Assembly: GCA_030248215.1 (NCBI GenBank)
Contig: JASANG010000753.1
Coordinates: forward strand, 558,001 to 622,000
Length of the DNA: 64,000 nt
From: Enoplolaimus lenunculus
Taxonomy: Eukaryota
Direction of reading: 5' to 3'
A model generated the notes under the pieces. It was not told the DNA's origin and searched no databases. It saw only the letters and a list, made by a program, of their open reading frames with translations. The position numbers and the translations under genes were made by a program. Each line of letters opens with the position of its first letter. Within the stretch, counting starts at the first letter, position 1. Shown here piece by piece: positions 13,448 through 27,600 of this stretch.

Positions 13448-14132
13448 GGGTTATCCGTGCATACACAGTATCATATATGATACGTGTGTTCAAGCAGCTG
13501 AGTATTGCAAAATAATACACAATGCACAGTGGTTTACAATAATAATGAGTGCAGTTGCAGTGCAAAATTGCTATAAGGCGTGAGAGCCGCTCTCGGCAGC
13601 GGTGGATTCAGGAATTTCAAACGAGGGGCTGGGTGGCAAATGTTATGGAACGTAAAAATTGTAAGGTAGGGACACCTTATCATTTTATCATCAAACAGTT
13701 TTCTGAGGTGGAAAAATTGTAAGGTAGAGACGTTATCATTGTATCACAAAAAAATTTCTGAATGGGGGGGCGTACCCCCCGCTTCTCCCGATACGAGCGT
13801 CAAGATCGTATAGCTGAACGGTGATGATAAACGTCTGACAGATTCGAGTTTTGAGTTCAAAACCGAACCTAATAGAGCTAACTTGGAACTGTATAATTTT
13901 ATGTGAGAAACGGCTAAGTCGAGAGCAAAATGTTGCGCTCTTATACTCTCCGCCCCCCCAAATCTAAAATTAAGGCTTGGGCGTTCGCTTAAACAAGCCA
14001 TTTCCTAAAACTAAGCCTACGTCTGAGCCTACAGGTGGTGCTATACTTATCGTGTATACAAATTGATATGCTGTGCCATGCGGCAATACCGAGCGGTAAC
14101 AGGCGGAACTGGACGGCATAAAACGCATAGTG

Positions 14133-14427
14133 CAGGGTGCGACCGGATATCCGGCTCCGGTTTACTATCCGGCAAAAAATCCAACGTGGCGATTAGGGAG
14201 GGAATTTGTAAGATATACAGAATTTTGCTGTGATATTTTGGTGAGTTTTCTTTATATAAACCGCAATATTCCGTTTACTAAAGATAAATTAACATTTACT
14301 GACGCGTTAACGTGCTAACAATTGATTGATTTAAAAACACACTATCCGATTAACATCCGGTTCCGGTAAAAATCACTATCCGGATCCGGTTCCGGTATCT
14401 GGTTTTTAGCGATCCGGTCGCACCCTG
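14133..14427. mobile_element. Family D hAT-like MITE
   Basis: CAGGGTGCGACCGGAT...ATCCGGTCGCACCCTG; flanks GCATAGTG/GTATAGTG. Relatives at 5849-6159, from about 8313, and 25435-25653. Confidence 0.8.
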
Positions 14428-15679
14428 GTATAGTGTCACCCTTAGCCTAAACGCATGCGGGTCGAAGTGCACCAGAGCCAAAGATTAATTTTTTAGGGTT
14501 TATTATAGTAAAGTTTACAAAATTATTCATTTTATAATATTGTAGTTTGCGTTCGTTGTATCGTTTGATCAAACATTTGCTTGGAAATTGCATGCTATTT
14601 GTTGCATTTATGAGTGTCCATTTGTGCAGTTTCGCTTAACGTATTATCGGGTTGCTATGCTTTGTTTCAGAGTTATTATGTATTAGAGCTGTCCCGGGGC
14701 CAGGGCCGAAATAGTAGAGACAGTTTATGAAAATTTTTTTCACTGTTTCACTCGTATCCCATTGTTGTCTGTTAAAAATTATTTCAAACCGTGATTTTAA
14801 TATCAGTTCTATGGATTCGAAAATAGCATCGTATGTCACGCTGACACTTCGAGTGGTTTAGCTGGCTTTCTATACGTGTGAATATGTAGCTTTCGAGCGT
14901 TTTTATGACATGAGTTTTTATTATAGCAAGCAGTTATCTTAGCCCCGGTCCCGGCAAAAAACATGGCCTTGGGACAGCTCTATTATGTTTATATATTTGT
15001 TTGTTTTTGAGTATTATAGTTAAATGTAAGTATATTTTTTACATATTTCGTTTGCAGATATGTCGTGCCTTGAACACCTATTTGTCGTAGATGGTAAGTA
15101 AACAAGCCTAACCGTCATTTGTGGTGCAGAATAGCCAGAACCACTGCTGTAATCAAGGCAGTTATTCTAAAGTGTATTAAAGATGCTGTTTGTCTTGTCT
15201 GTGCTTAATATTTGGGGCGATCCCGCCAGTATAAATGACAATATGTTGTTAAGTTGTTTGGTTTTACGCTAATTTCATGGAGAAATTTCGGAAATTCTTT
15301 CCTGAAAATTGTGACAAAAGTAAAACAATACGCGCTAAACAGAAAATTTTTTCGTACCACTATCGAGGATTACTGTGACGTATGCTGAAACAAGAAAGCG
15401 GTTACTGTAGTGACACGAATAAGAGTCGGGCGACGTGATTAAATCGGTGCCCATTTTGAGTTCCAATCAATAGAAGTCTGTGTTGCTAGTTAAAGTGCGT
15501 TAGTGGACAGAGTCCACAAACCTTAGAGTTCATAAAATAGATCAAAGACGAAGAATGACGGAGACTGTTATTTGGTTCACTACAGTTAAGAGATAGGTTC
15601 CAGGAGGAATAATTTTAATTACAATAAATTATTTTGTTACTAGCTAGTCGTGGACGCTTTCTGGCGGGTAAGAAACTTG

Positions 15680-15847
15680 GGCCAATGTAAAGAACAACGG
15701 CGGAGCAGTATTATAAGCTTATTCCTAAGCCTAAGCGTAAGAATGAGTTTATTCCTAAGCCTAAAAGCAAAAAAATGGTCTAAAGCTTAAGCTTATTCTA
15801 TCCAAGTTCCACAGAAAAACGTTCCGCCCGTGATCTTTACATGGGCC
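15680..15847. mobile_element. Family A MITE
   Basis: TIRs; flanks GAAACTTG/GAAAGTTG (7/8). Confidence 0.8.
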
Positions 15848-17021
15848 GAAAGTTGCCACAAGCTTCGTCCAATGGTTTGCGAAAAGTTTAGAGAAATCTT
15901 ATGATTCTGGTAGTTTGTGTGTGATGCTGCTATTTTGTACTGTGATCTCCATAATGAATGATGCTTGCTTCATATGGTTTGTAATGTGATTTTTGCATTA
16001 TAGTCTGTGATAGTTTGTGTAATTTGAATATTTGACCACTTGCTGGAGTCAAGTGCACAGTTATATGCACTGTATTAATGGTCAAATTTCAAATTAAATA
16101 TTTAAACTCTATTGTCAATGCTATTATTTTACTATTGCGCATATACTGTAGTGATCCGAATAAGCGGTGTGGAGTCTGATATTTATTTCACCACTCTACG
16201 GGGTACCGCGGTCGCTATTCGGATCCGGGCTGGTATTTATTTTGCAATCCACAAGTTTGAGCCATACACGTTTTATTTTATGCCAGCCAGTTTCTATGGT
16301 TTAAATTTATTACTTTAGAAATATACTGTCAAGACTTGAGTATGCCGTTATGAATATATGTAGGTAACATTATACTTTGAGTAATGAATCAAATTGTGTA
16401 CTGGACTAAAAATAAGATCCAGAAAGCATTTACGCGATTTTATTAGGGAAATTAATGTTTATGGTCTAATTAATACTTCAGCTATTTACGAAATTTAAGT
16501 AAGAAAATAGACTTATCCAAAATAGGTACCCAGACGGCCTTTTATTACCTCGTTAGTCTTGTTCGGTTTACTACAATTGAGATTAAGTTTTTAGAGGCCG
16601 AAATATCCTTAAGGGTGGTATCCAACATTGTCAGCAGCCCCCTTTGGCTGCAAACATTTGAGTGCCGTAATTTTTCACTTGGGAAATTTAGCACAACCCA
16701 AAACCAGACTCATTGATAATTGGCACCGATTTCTGCGACTGACTTAAAAGTGACCCGAGGAGTTTGTAGAAATAAATTCGGGTCATAAAGGGTCAAAGTC
16801 GAAAATAAATATGAGTCCTGCCGATTTTGATTCATGGAAACCGGTGGAGTTAGAGTCTGGTGGAAGTTTAGGGTTTGGATTAGGCTTATGTTCAGGCGTA
16901 GACTTTGGTTTAGGTTCATTCTTAGCGAAACGAACGAGTAGGCACTTATAGTTGATATGAAGGGATTAGTCGTACGCTAACTTAAACAAAACCTAAACAC
17001 GACGTTAAGTGCGAAAAGGAT

Positions 17022-17385
17022 GGTCTATGTAACGATCAGGCGTGCAACGTTTTTCTGCTGGATTGCAATAGAGTCATCTAGAGTTTTAGACAATTGATGT
17101 GATTAGGTTTAGACGTAAGCTCATTCGTACGCTTTTGGCTTAGGCATATGGGCCAATGTAAAGAACAGGGGCGGAACAGTATTATACGCATGTTCCTAAG
17201 TTTAAGCCTAAGCGTAAGAATGAGCATATTCCAAAGCCTAAGCCTAAACCTAAGCCAATCAAAAATTTAGTCTTAAGCTTATGCTTATTCTTTTGCAGTC
17301 CTACAGCATAACGTTCGGCCCCTGATCTTTACATGGGCCGGCGTATGCATATACTACTGTTACGGCCCTGTAATATACATTGGTC
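17022..17385. mobile_element. Two nested family A MITEs (inner copy 17151-17339 in opposite orientation)
   Basis: Inner copy flanked by GGCATATG/GGCGTATG; the older outer copy resumes after it. Confidence 0.75.
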
Positions 17386-18649
17386 ATATGGATTAGGCAC
17401 ACATGATGTATACATTCCTTGCTCATGACCAGTTTATTTATTTTTTGCTTGTTCGTTTGTGACAAACTCGGTTATTTGTGTTTTATTCAAATCAAATTTA
17501 TTGTCTTATGATTTGGTCGAATATGTGAATGAAGAAAATATATTAATTAAAGTTTTTTGCGCCTGTACGTGTTTTTTGTTTCGGCAGGCACTTTGAAATT
17601 GTTAAATTTATCTCAAAATAAGACCCGTGTTAATAAGAGCCTGTCCACTGTTCACTGATAGACAAGGAGATTGAGGAACTTATCGACAGGATGGGTTTAG
17701 GTTTAGGATTAAACGTTGTTAAACATACCCTTATATAATTATAATATGAGGCCCAAAATCGTTTATTTTTCCGAATGAGTAAGGTTTCCAGTTACTACGT
17801 GCCCCAATTTTCGCGTCCCGCAATGGCTGAGCTCTTATTAGGTCTTAATAATGTGGTACCGTAATCATGATATAGGTTAATCTTGATGGCCCCGTTTGAA
17901 AATTATTTAAAGAAAGGGGTATATATACCTATTTATATATATTGTTTAAGTGGATATTATATATAAGTAGGGATATGCCGATTAATCGGTATCAATAATC
18001 GGCACTTTTAGCAAGTATTGGCATCGGCAGAGCAAAAAAAGTGTCTGTTCTTTACCGATACATTTTGCACGTAACAATCAGTTGGAATGCTATCAATTTC
18101 ACTTGTTGGCGTATATCAGTTTGTCTGATCAGGAGAAACTGCTATATGAGTTGCGCTATACTGTTGTTGACGTGCGGCGCGTCCGTCTCGCGCACGGTAC
18201 CGTCCGGTGCTGTCTGTCACCCGTATGGCGCTGCCAGTCACCCGTACGGCGCTGCCAGTCACCGTGCGGTATCGTACGCAAATAACTCACGTACGATAAC
18301 GTATGGTGACATTCGCGCCGTATGGGTGACGGACGACGCCGGACGTCAACTATAACGCAACCTATGTTTTGCGTTTGGGTTTGAAAAAATTAACTGAAAT
18401 GAACCGTTCTCATTAAATTCTAAGCGTTTATGGTGGATTATGGTAAGTCTTCGCATTTATAATGATGTAATGTATCATATGTGGTTGTTTCTTTAAGCAT
18501 CGCGTATTAAACTTGGAATAGGCATCAGCATAGTTTTAAAATAAAAAATCGGCATCTGCAAAAATTTTGGTATCGGCATATCTAAGATCTAAAAGACTTC
18601 ACCAAGTTTTAAAAGTTTAGCGCAATCTTTGAGCGCCATAGTGTTGGTG

Positions 18650-21600
18650 TCAGGGGCATGGGGGTTCTTGGGATGTTGGATTGGTTTGTTTGCGAAATCC
18701 ATGATAGTTGTTGTTTGACTTGGAACAGTCCTGAAAAATACAGTTGATTGTAACTGGATGTAACAGGTTGAAATTAAAAATCTAGCGTGTCAGAGGCGTA
18801 TGGATTACCGAGCAATGAGGATTGATAGAAACCATGGTGCAAAAGGAGGTGAAAAATACCGGAGCCGGAGCCGGAGGTGAGGCGAAATTAGGTAGTGAAA
18901 ATGATGGTTAATTAGTTAATTGTAGCCAACATCTGCAATATGTTGTTAAGTTGTTTGGTTTGGCGATAATTTTCGGCGGAATTTCGGAGATTCTTTCCTC
19001 AAAATTGTGATAAAACTAAAACGAAACGCGCTAAACCGATAAATTTTGCAAAATTATGCAAAAGTTTACTACCGAAATTGCCGGAACCTCCGGTAAAAAT
19101 TCAACCGGAGCCGGAGGCCAATTTTCTGCAGAAGCCGGAGACGGAGGCAGACCTCCGGTTGTACCGTGATAGAAACGTATTGTGTATAAAAGCGTTAAAA
19201 TATTGGTATGTATATACACTGCAAAAAATGGTGAGTCAAATTGACTCTCTCGAAATTAGGCTTTTCCGTACTACACGAACTGAGTCAAAATTCGACTCCG
19301 CCAGAGTTAATTTGACTCACCATTTTTGCAGTGTACTGACAGATTTTAAACAATGATACAATAAAACTCGGTCGCCATATGACAAATTCACTAAACTGCA
19401 GAAGGCTGCTGTGCATCGGAATGTAGGATGGCGGTTTTAACCATCTGTTTCCGTTATTTTTTGCTACTTATATGATTTAAACCGTGTAGGATACGCTTTT
19501 TTAGTGATTCGTTTTAGAATTTATTCAATAGCAAAAGCGTTCTGAAATATGCTGTTTGAAACGTGAAAAGTGTATATTGTTCTATTATTAACACGAGTCC
19601 GTACACAGCAAAAAATGGTGAGCCACATTGACCCTCTCTGAAATAGGCTTTTCCTGACTACACAAACTGAGCCAAAATTCGACTCTGACAGAGTCAAACT
19701 GAGTCACAGGCTTTTCCTGACTACACAAACTGAGCCAAAATTCGACTCTGATAGAGTCAAATTGAGTCGAATTTGACTCAAGCGGAGTCGAATTGTGACT
19801 CAGTTTGTGTAGTCAGGAAAAGCCTATTTCGGAGAGAGTCAATTTGACTCATCATTTTTTGCAGTGTGTAAGTACGGAAATGTTTTGAAGAACGCAACGG
19901 CCAACTTACGTCACAAAATAATGAACATTTTGGGCATACAATTTCACCTTCGTACAAATAATCGCGATAAGTTCGGCGAATGGGAATAATGTAGCCATAC
20001 CCTAGACATTCATGAACGGACCGATCCCGAAGTATAAAATGAAAACGTCCGTTTGAGCATTTATACTGAAATTGACAAAAATCATTAATTTGCAATAGTA
20101 ATAAATTTGGCCCATGTAAGGATCAAGGGCGGAGAGTTTTTGTGCGGAAATAGAATAGAGTAAGCTTAAGCTTTAGAGTAATTTATTTCCTAAGCAGCTT
20201 TTTTGTGGAACTAGAATAGAGTAAGCTTTAGTTTTAGACTAACTTTTTTGCTTGGCTTAGGCTTAGGCTTAGGAAAATGCTCATTCTTATGCTTAGGTTT
20301 AGGCTTAGGCTTAGGCTTAAGAATATGCTCATTCTTTTGCTTAGGTTTAGGCTTACGCTTAGGCTTGGGAATATGCGTATAATACTGTTCTATTCCTGTT
20401 CTTTACATTGACCATATATTTTTTATGCTTATGGTTGTTAATATTTAGAAACTGAAATTAAGGAAAAATAATTATGATAATGAAAACACAAATCTCGTTC
20501 TTGAACATTCCTTTGTTGTATACGATTATTTGCATATAATTTGACTCACCCCACCCCCATTACGGTATACGTTTTCCCGTGCAATTTTTTTCTCATTGGA
20601 GTTTAACCAATTAAGGTATATTTGATGCCCCCCATGTGATTTTTCACCCATTGGATCTTCGACTTTACAGTATACGATTTTTCATTGGATATTATTCCCC
20701 CCATTCTATTTTATTACTTAAGATACACAATTTTGTTTCGTTAAAGATTTGTTAAAATTGGTATTAGCCATTCACTGCAAAAAATGATGAGTCAAATTGA
20801 CTCTCTCCGAAATAGGCTTTTCCGGACTACACAAAATGAGTCAAAATTCGACTTCGCTAGAGTCAAATTCGATTCACCCGAGTCGCTCAATGGGTCGAAT
20901 TTGACTCAGTTCGTGTAGTCCCGAAAAGCCTATTTCGGAGAGAGTCAATTTGACGCACCATTTTTTGCAGTACATCATGGTCATTTTCGAATACAAACAC
21001 ATCGTACCTTACCTCATAACAGCCTGCGCCAAGAAATTCTAAATTAGTAACATTTCCGCAACGGTTTTTTGTCCATCGGACATCTGTATGATCTAAGCAT
21101 AACGAATGGCTTCCAAAAGATTCTAGCGAATCAAGAGCTCGTTTACCTAAAACGCTGCATAAAATACTGGTGGATTCAACGAGGGCGTTACAACGGCCCA
21201 AGCCAGCAACAGGAACGAAAGCAAGATTTTGCGTAGGTTTATAGCACTAAAATGGCATTCGACTTCTCGGTCGGTTCGTTCGCGAATTTTTTCACTATTA
21301 AATTTCGCACCCCCTGTTTAAGAGGTTTCTAGATTCCGCACTGGTGTACTGGTTTAAAAGTTTACGGTCCAGCCAATGATGGATTCGAATACTTATGGCG
21401 AGGGGGTTGCGATGTATAATAGTAAAAAGAAAGCTCTCGAACGAAGCGAACTAAAAAAGCCAAACGCAATTTTAGCACTAAATCTTAATACAAAACTCTG
21501 AGTGCCATTTGTAAAAGCGATCCCTTCTAGCCTAAGCTTACAGGCCTAAACCTAAGCCGGGCGTAGATCTTACAGACCCTATTATAGTCCCTCAGTGTCC

Positions 21601-24600
21601 TTGTCTCCCGGTGAGCAGGCCCCTACAACTATTATGGGCCATATTTGTTACCTAAGCTCGTTAGCGGTTCAGTACACGTTGACCGTCGTTTTATGACGTA
21701 AGTTCGGTCGTTTTCCTTGTCAACAATTTTATCCTTCCAATTGAATTCCTAAAATACCAAAGTGAACGGCATGATGACGTATACGGTGTTGACGGACAGC
21801 GCCGAACGTCATCAAAAGTATACCGCCACAATTACTTTTAGCTTGACTATACGAAATTTCAAGAAAAAAGTAAAGTAGTCTTTGGCTTTGGATGTGAATT
21901 TTAAAAATTTTAAACTTGCAATAGATGTTTACACACTATTGAATAATGAAATCTCAAATCGAGTAAAATCCGGTCTACTACACACTAGAATGTGAAACAC
22001 TGCCATTTTAGCTATGATTGTTTAGGACGACTCTGGGAATATCAAAGCGGCCGCTTTCCAACAGGCTTCGCAGAGGAGTATTGGGTACGGTTGTTGGGTT
22101 CCTTAACCTATGAAAGGTATGTAAACCAATAAATGAACGGTTCGCTAAGATCAGGGTGCAACCGGAATTACAATTTACCGGAACCGGAACCGGAATTTGA
22201 AAATTTTACCGGAACCGGAACCGGAAGGTGAAAAAATGCCGGAACCGGAATTCCGGTTGTACCCTGGCTAAGATGTATAATGCATAAACTTCCATGTCCC
22301 TATGATTATGCTGTAAAGTACTGTAGACATTGGATATTTTTTCATAGCCGGATATCCGGCAATTTTTGCCGGATATATTGTCCGGATATCCCAAATTAAA
22401 TTTTCCATTTCGGATATCCGAAACTGCATGGATTTTGCGTTTTTTGTTGGGTTTTCGAGCCTCATTTTCGTTTCTTAAGCAAGTGTTTTAACTTGTTGCT
22501 CTAAAGGAAGTATACTTTGACCCACAAGTTGATTAAGCGTGTGCGTTTGCTGCAATAAATATAGGAGTATTAATATACTTTGAGTATTAATAAATCAAAT
22601 TCTGTAATAAAGTATGAAGAAACTTCACTTTACTGTATAGAACGCACAATAATCCGCAATTTCTAGTGCACCTCCGTAGTTTTGTGTTTCCCGAACATTT
22701 ACGCCTGCCAAATGCTTGTAATTCTGGAATATTTTTGTTTTGTAAATTATAAGCAAAGTAGAAGATACTATATCAAAGAAGGCATCCGTTAACCAATACA
22801 CACTTTACCCTTGCAGAATTACACGGCCCATGCATAGAACAGGCTTGGACCAGTAGTATAAGCATATTCCTAAGCCTAAGCATAAGCCTAAGCCTAGCAA
22901 AAAATTGGTCTAAAGCTTAAACTGACTCTATTATAGCCCCTCCGGAAAACGATCCGGCCCTGTTCTATACATGGGCCAATTAGACTGTCAGTAAATTTTA
23001 AGGTACACATTTTTTGTACAACGATCTGTATATTGTTGAAAATAACGTTTACTACTATGCTGAAACGCTTCAAAATCACGTATGTGGTGCATTCCAGCTT
23101 TAATAATAAAAGTATACAAGAACGTCGGAAAAATAAAACAAAAATATAATACATCGTGTTGTCGACACTTTACGTCGACAATCTGCCTGGAGACTATGAA
23201 ACGGTCCGTAGCCAGGGCAGGCCGGGTGGTGGGGGGGTTCAGCCCTCCCTGGAACAATATGGCTCCCCCCTAAAAATTATCAATATTGCTTGTAAGTCAT
23301 CTAGAACCCTTGTATGCTTTTCATAAACGCTCTTGAATACCCCCTAGCCACGAAAGCTCGCTACGGACCTGATATGAAAGTAAAAGTAGTGTAAGGTTAT
23401 GAACACCTGAAATTGCTGTGGTATTTCATTCGCTGAGTATTCGCCCAAATTACACAATCCAACAGCGTTTCGTGCCACTGTACAGCTCATATCTTCAGCG
23501 CTGTTTGTACAGTACGGCGCTACAGGTTGATTTCTGAAATTATATATACAACTGCAATAATAAATAAAAAATATATTTATTTATTTATTTATTTATTTTA
23601 TTCATTTACTTTATTTGTTTATTTATTTATCTATCTATTTATTTATTTATTCATCTATTTATTTATTTATTTATCTATCTATCTATTTATTTATTTATTT
23701 ATCTATCTATTTATTTATTCATCTATTTATTTACTTATTTATTTATTTATTTAATTAATTAATTAATTAATGTATATGTTGTTCACTGTATAAATTTCAA
23801 CAAATATGTATGAATTGTGCAAAATTGAATATTTGTAAAAAAGGTTATCTTATACCGTCATCAGAATTTTTCTGACGGCCGAGGGCAAGTGCATATATAC
23901 AAAACAAAAACTGGTTAAAATGTATTATTACAAGCATAAGCTACGCTGCATATTTTGCCAATTACAAGCCTGCTTATAAAAGCTAAAGCTTCTGTATTTA
24001 CTTCGAACGTTGGATATTAATCCATTCTCCGCAACTTTTTTTCGCAAAATCACAACCTTTATTTTTGCCGAATATAAACTTATCTGCCATTGAATAATTC
24101 ACTCGGTACCATCTGAAATAATGTACTTAAAAATATGAATTAATAAACATTTTGGCCAAGAACAGAAACAGAACACAGTAGTATATAAGCATATTTTTAA
24201 GCCTAAGTCTAAGTGTAATAATGAGATTATTCCTAAGCTGAAGCCTAAACCTGAGCAAAAAAATAATGTAAAGTATACTCTGTACCGTATAGTCCCGCAG
24301 TACCTCAGAAAAACGTAGTCAAAAGGGGTCGCTCGACCAGTTGTCGGCAGGTCCGTAGCCAACTCACCTTGCTAGGAGCGGCTTAAAATTTTTCAGGAAG
24401 GACATACAAGGGTTTTCGTTGACTTAATACAAGCAAAGTTAAAAATTTTCCAGGGCGATCTGAAATTTTTCCAAGGGGTTGAGCCCTCCCTGCTCCCCTT
24501 GGCTGCGGCCCGCCATATAACACTTGTTTTACTTAATTTTATCTTAAAATTGGCAATAATTATATACTTGAAATTTGTTGCATTATAATGCATACTGTAG

Positions 24601-27600
24601 TGGCCCGAATAAGATGGGAGACTGATGTTTATTTGGCCTCTCCAGAAGGTACCCCCGTTGTTATTCGGTTACGGACTGTTATTTATTTTCAACCCGTTGC
24701 ATGAAAAGCTTGAGCGATAATACAAAGTTATACTTTGGAATGTTACTTTCAAAACTTAAGCACGCTTTAAAGTTTCGAACTCAACTTTATTTGGTCCCGG
24801 AGTCATTTATGCGCTACAATTACGGATAATCGACATTTATGGACTGTGATTAAAAGTTTATGAACTCTATCCGCTTACGGACTCTTATTAGGAATACGAC
24901 CCCTATTGATTAGGAGTCAAAAGGGGGACCCCCTCTTATAACCCCTCTTATTCGGATAACTACGGTATGTTTCTAAACTGCAGACACAACTTGTACGATT
25001 TAATTTCAACTAAAATGATATTTAGTAAACATTGCTCAAAAATCGTATTTCCTGTAGAAAAAAAGCCAATGTTTTGTTTTTGCATCCCTGTTTCCGATAT
25101 ATGCTTAATATCCGGTCGTTTAACTGTTATTCCGCTTAAAAGTAGCAGCTAAAGACCAAAAATAATCAATAATTATAAAGCATCTTTCCCGGTGTCTTCC
25201 AACATCGCGAGTGTAATCCGTGAAAAAACAGCATTGTCGGTATGACTTCCGGTCATCGCTTCATTCTAAAACTACAAGACTGTGGTGGATATTCTGTTTT
25301 ACCTTTGTTTTAAAATGGTTTGGTTTGAAAATTTGTTGTGGTCGCAACCTTTCAGCTTCAAGTGTGACCAATATGAAGCTAAAAAATCTGTAGTATCATA
25401 GCACCATGTCTCATTAAACGTAACCTAAGTATACCAGGGTGTAACCGGATATCCGTTTCCGGTAAAAATCAATGTCCGTTTCTGTTATAAAAATAACGCA
25501 AATTATGTTATTTGTGCGCCTGAAATTAGTTATAAATAACGTGCATATCTTCACAATGTTTAGCGCACGAAATTCGTCCAAAACCTTAAAAAATTTCGGT
25601 GAAACCTTTTTCGATTCCGTTTCCGTTATTTTTTACTATCCGTTTACACCCTGTGGCGTACGCATAATATTGTGGAAGTTGCATTTACGGGACGAAACTC
25701 AAATATATATACTGAAACCGAGAAATAGAAATATATATCGCAGGCTAAACTGCTATTCAGTGCAATTCCAATTTAGCTATAGGCAAATCTGCTAATCCCA
25801 CAAATACATGGTCTAGGCGAGGCGGCTGTTTAGTTGTAATTGCAAATTAGCCTAGGTTAATTTAGTAATTGAAATGAGTAGCAGATCGGCATACGACATT
25901 ATATATCAACCAGCGCCCCGTAAAAGATTACATCCAGCATCGTGGACCCCTGACTACCCTTCACACTCTTCTGGCTCTAATACCTAGTAATAACGCAAGT
26001 TCAACCGTATAAACGCAATCAAACTTTGGGTGAAAATACATACCTCATATATTCGTTTTTCCCAATGCGAAATCGCCAGCCCGGAGCCTTGATTTTCAAG
26101 TTCTGCTCCTTCAAGCGTTGAGCAATTGAAATGTTTTCGAACTTCTCTCTGAAAATATAATCTCGAGTCCAATTGACTTTGGCTTCGTCTTCAAGAAACT
26201 GATTCGTGCCATAATAAATTGATATTTTGAACGAATTTTGCATTTTGTACCCGAGCCAAAACAGTTTCTTAGAAGCTGAAATCTTAATGACAGCCTCGAT
26301 TTTAAACGTACGCCGACACTATTATACAAAATCAAGGCAGCGAGTTCAAAGCATACGGCCTATATTTGGGCCCTTGAACCGTTAACTTATTGTTTATCGG
26401 CAGTCACCTTGGATATTTATCCTTTCGAAACGCTGTTCCAACACTGTAAATTCCAGTATAAGTGTATTGTATTTTAGACCCAAATATACTCACCACAACT
26501 TTTGGAGTGACCATCATATTAAATTTTCGGGTTATATGGCCGTTTCGTGTCCACCAACGTCGCCGTTTCACCGTTCGAACTGTGTTTGAATTCCATTTGA
26601 ATACTCCCCTGGGTACACAATTTTAATTTGACCAACAGGTTACGGTTGTACAGCCAATTTGTTATTTTGTGTAAAGTATCAGAGTGGAATGTGGAATAGA
26701 ATCTTTAACCGATTCGCGCTTTACCCATTCAAGCAAGAAGTTTCTTTTGCCAGCGGGTACACCCGCATTAAAAATCTACCCCCGATTCAGGTTTTACCTG
26801 CGCCTGAAGTTAAGCCAGTATTTTGCCGATCGGTAGTAATTTGCAGTTTAATGAAGTTATGCGTTATAGCTTCACTGGTAAAGTCACGTTCTGGTAGGTA
26901 TTCGGCATGGTGGTATTAACCGGTGTTACATGCCCTATCATAGATTGGGAATTTTCGGATTGAGGCGTATCCCCAGAGTCCATTTTGTATTCGGTACTGA
27001 TTGTATAATGATCCGAATAAAGAATTGATGGGAAATAATAGTTCAGGGTCGATGTTTTGAGTTTGAATCAATAGAAGTGTTTTGTTATAATTAGAGTAAA
27101 TGTACAGCAGCAAACTGAAGATGCAAGTTATCGCAGCAAAAACTTGCACGTGTACAGGTATACTGGGGTTTGTGACAGTTGCAGATTCCCATACCGCCTG
27201 CCTACATATTCATAAGCTTACAAAAATTACTTCATAGTTGCTTTCATTATGCGGTGTGCAGAGTACATAAATTATAAAGCCCTATACACACATGCAAGTT
27301 TTTGCAGCAAAAAGTTGCACATGCAACTTGCATGTGCCAGTTCGGTCACAAAACAGATTTGAAATTTTTGCCGCTGCAAATTATTCACTGGAATTTATGC
27401 TATCAAATTTAATTCGCTCGTGTAAACGGAATGCAAGTCGCTTGAATTTGCAAATACCTACAGCGTCACCAAAAATATGCTTAAAATTAAGAAAACTGTC
27501 GCCGAATGAAATGTAGGTTCTACTTACTATGGTGAAAGTTTTACTTAATTTTAAGCCAACCCAAAATTATTAGTTTTAAATTTACTTAATTAACCAGCAA

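Noticed and set aside
20250..20370. True telomere or chromosome fusion site
   Set aside because: TTAGGC runs are short, degenerate and enclosed within MITE TIRs.
22009..22107. Possible alternative terminal exon of invadolysin on the minus strand
   Set aside because: It has an acceptor-like site but no M8 similarity, and exons 22634-22723 and 21013-21246 join in phase without it.
23527..23754. 75-aa hydrophobic ORF (YLFI repeats)
   Set aside because: Translation of an ATTT/ATCT microsatellite in an intron.
26790..27149. Minus-strand ORF-like stretch inside an invadolysin intron
   Set aside because: Interrupted by stops, no recognisable motif, and not needed for the gene model.
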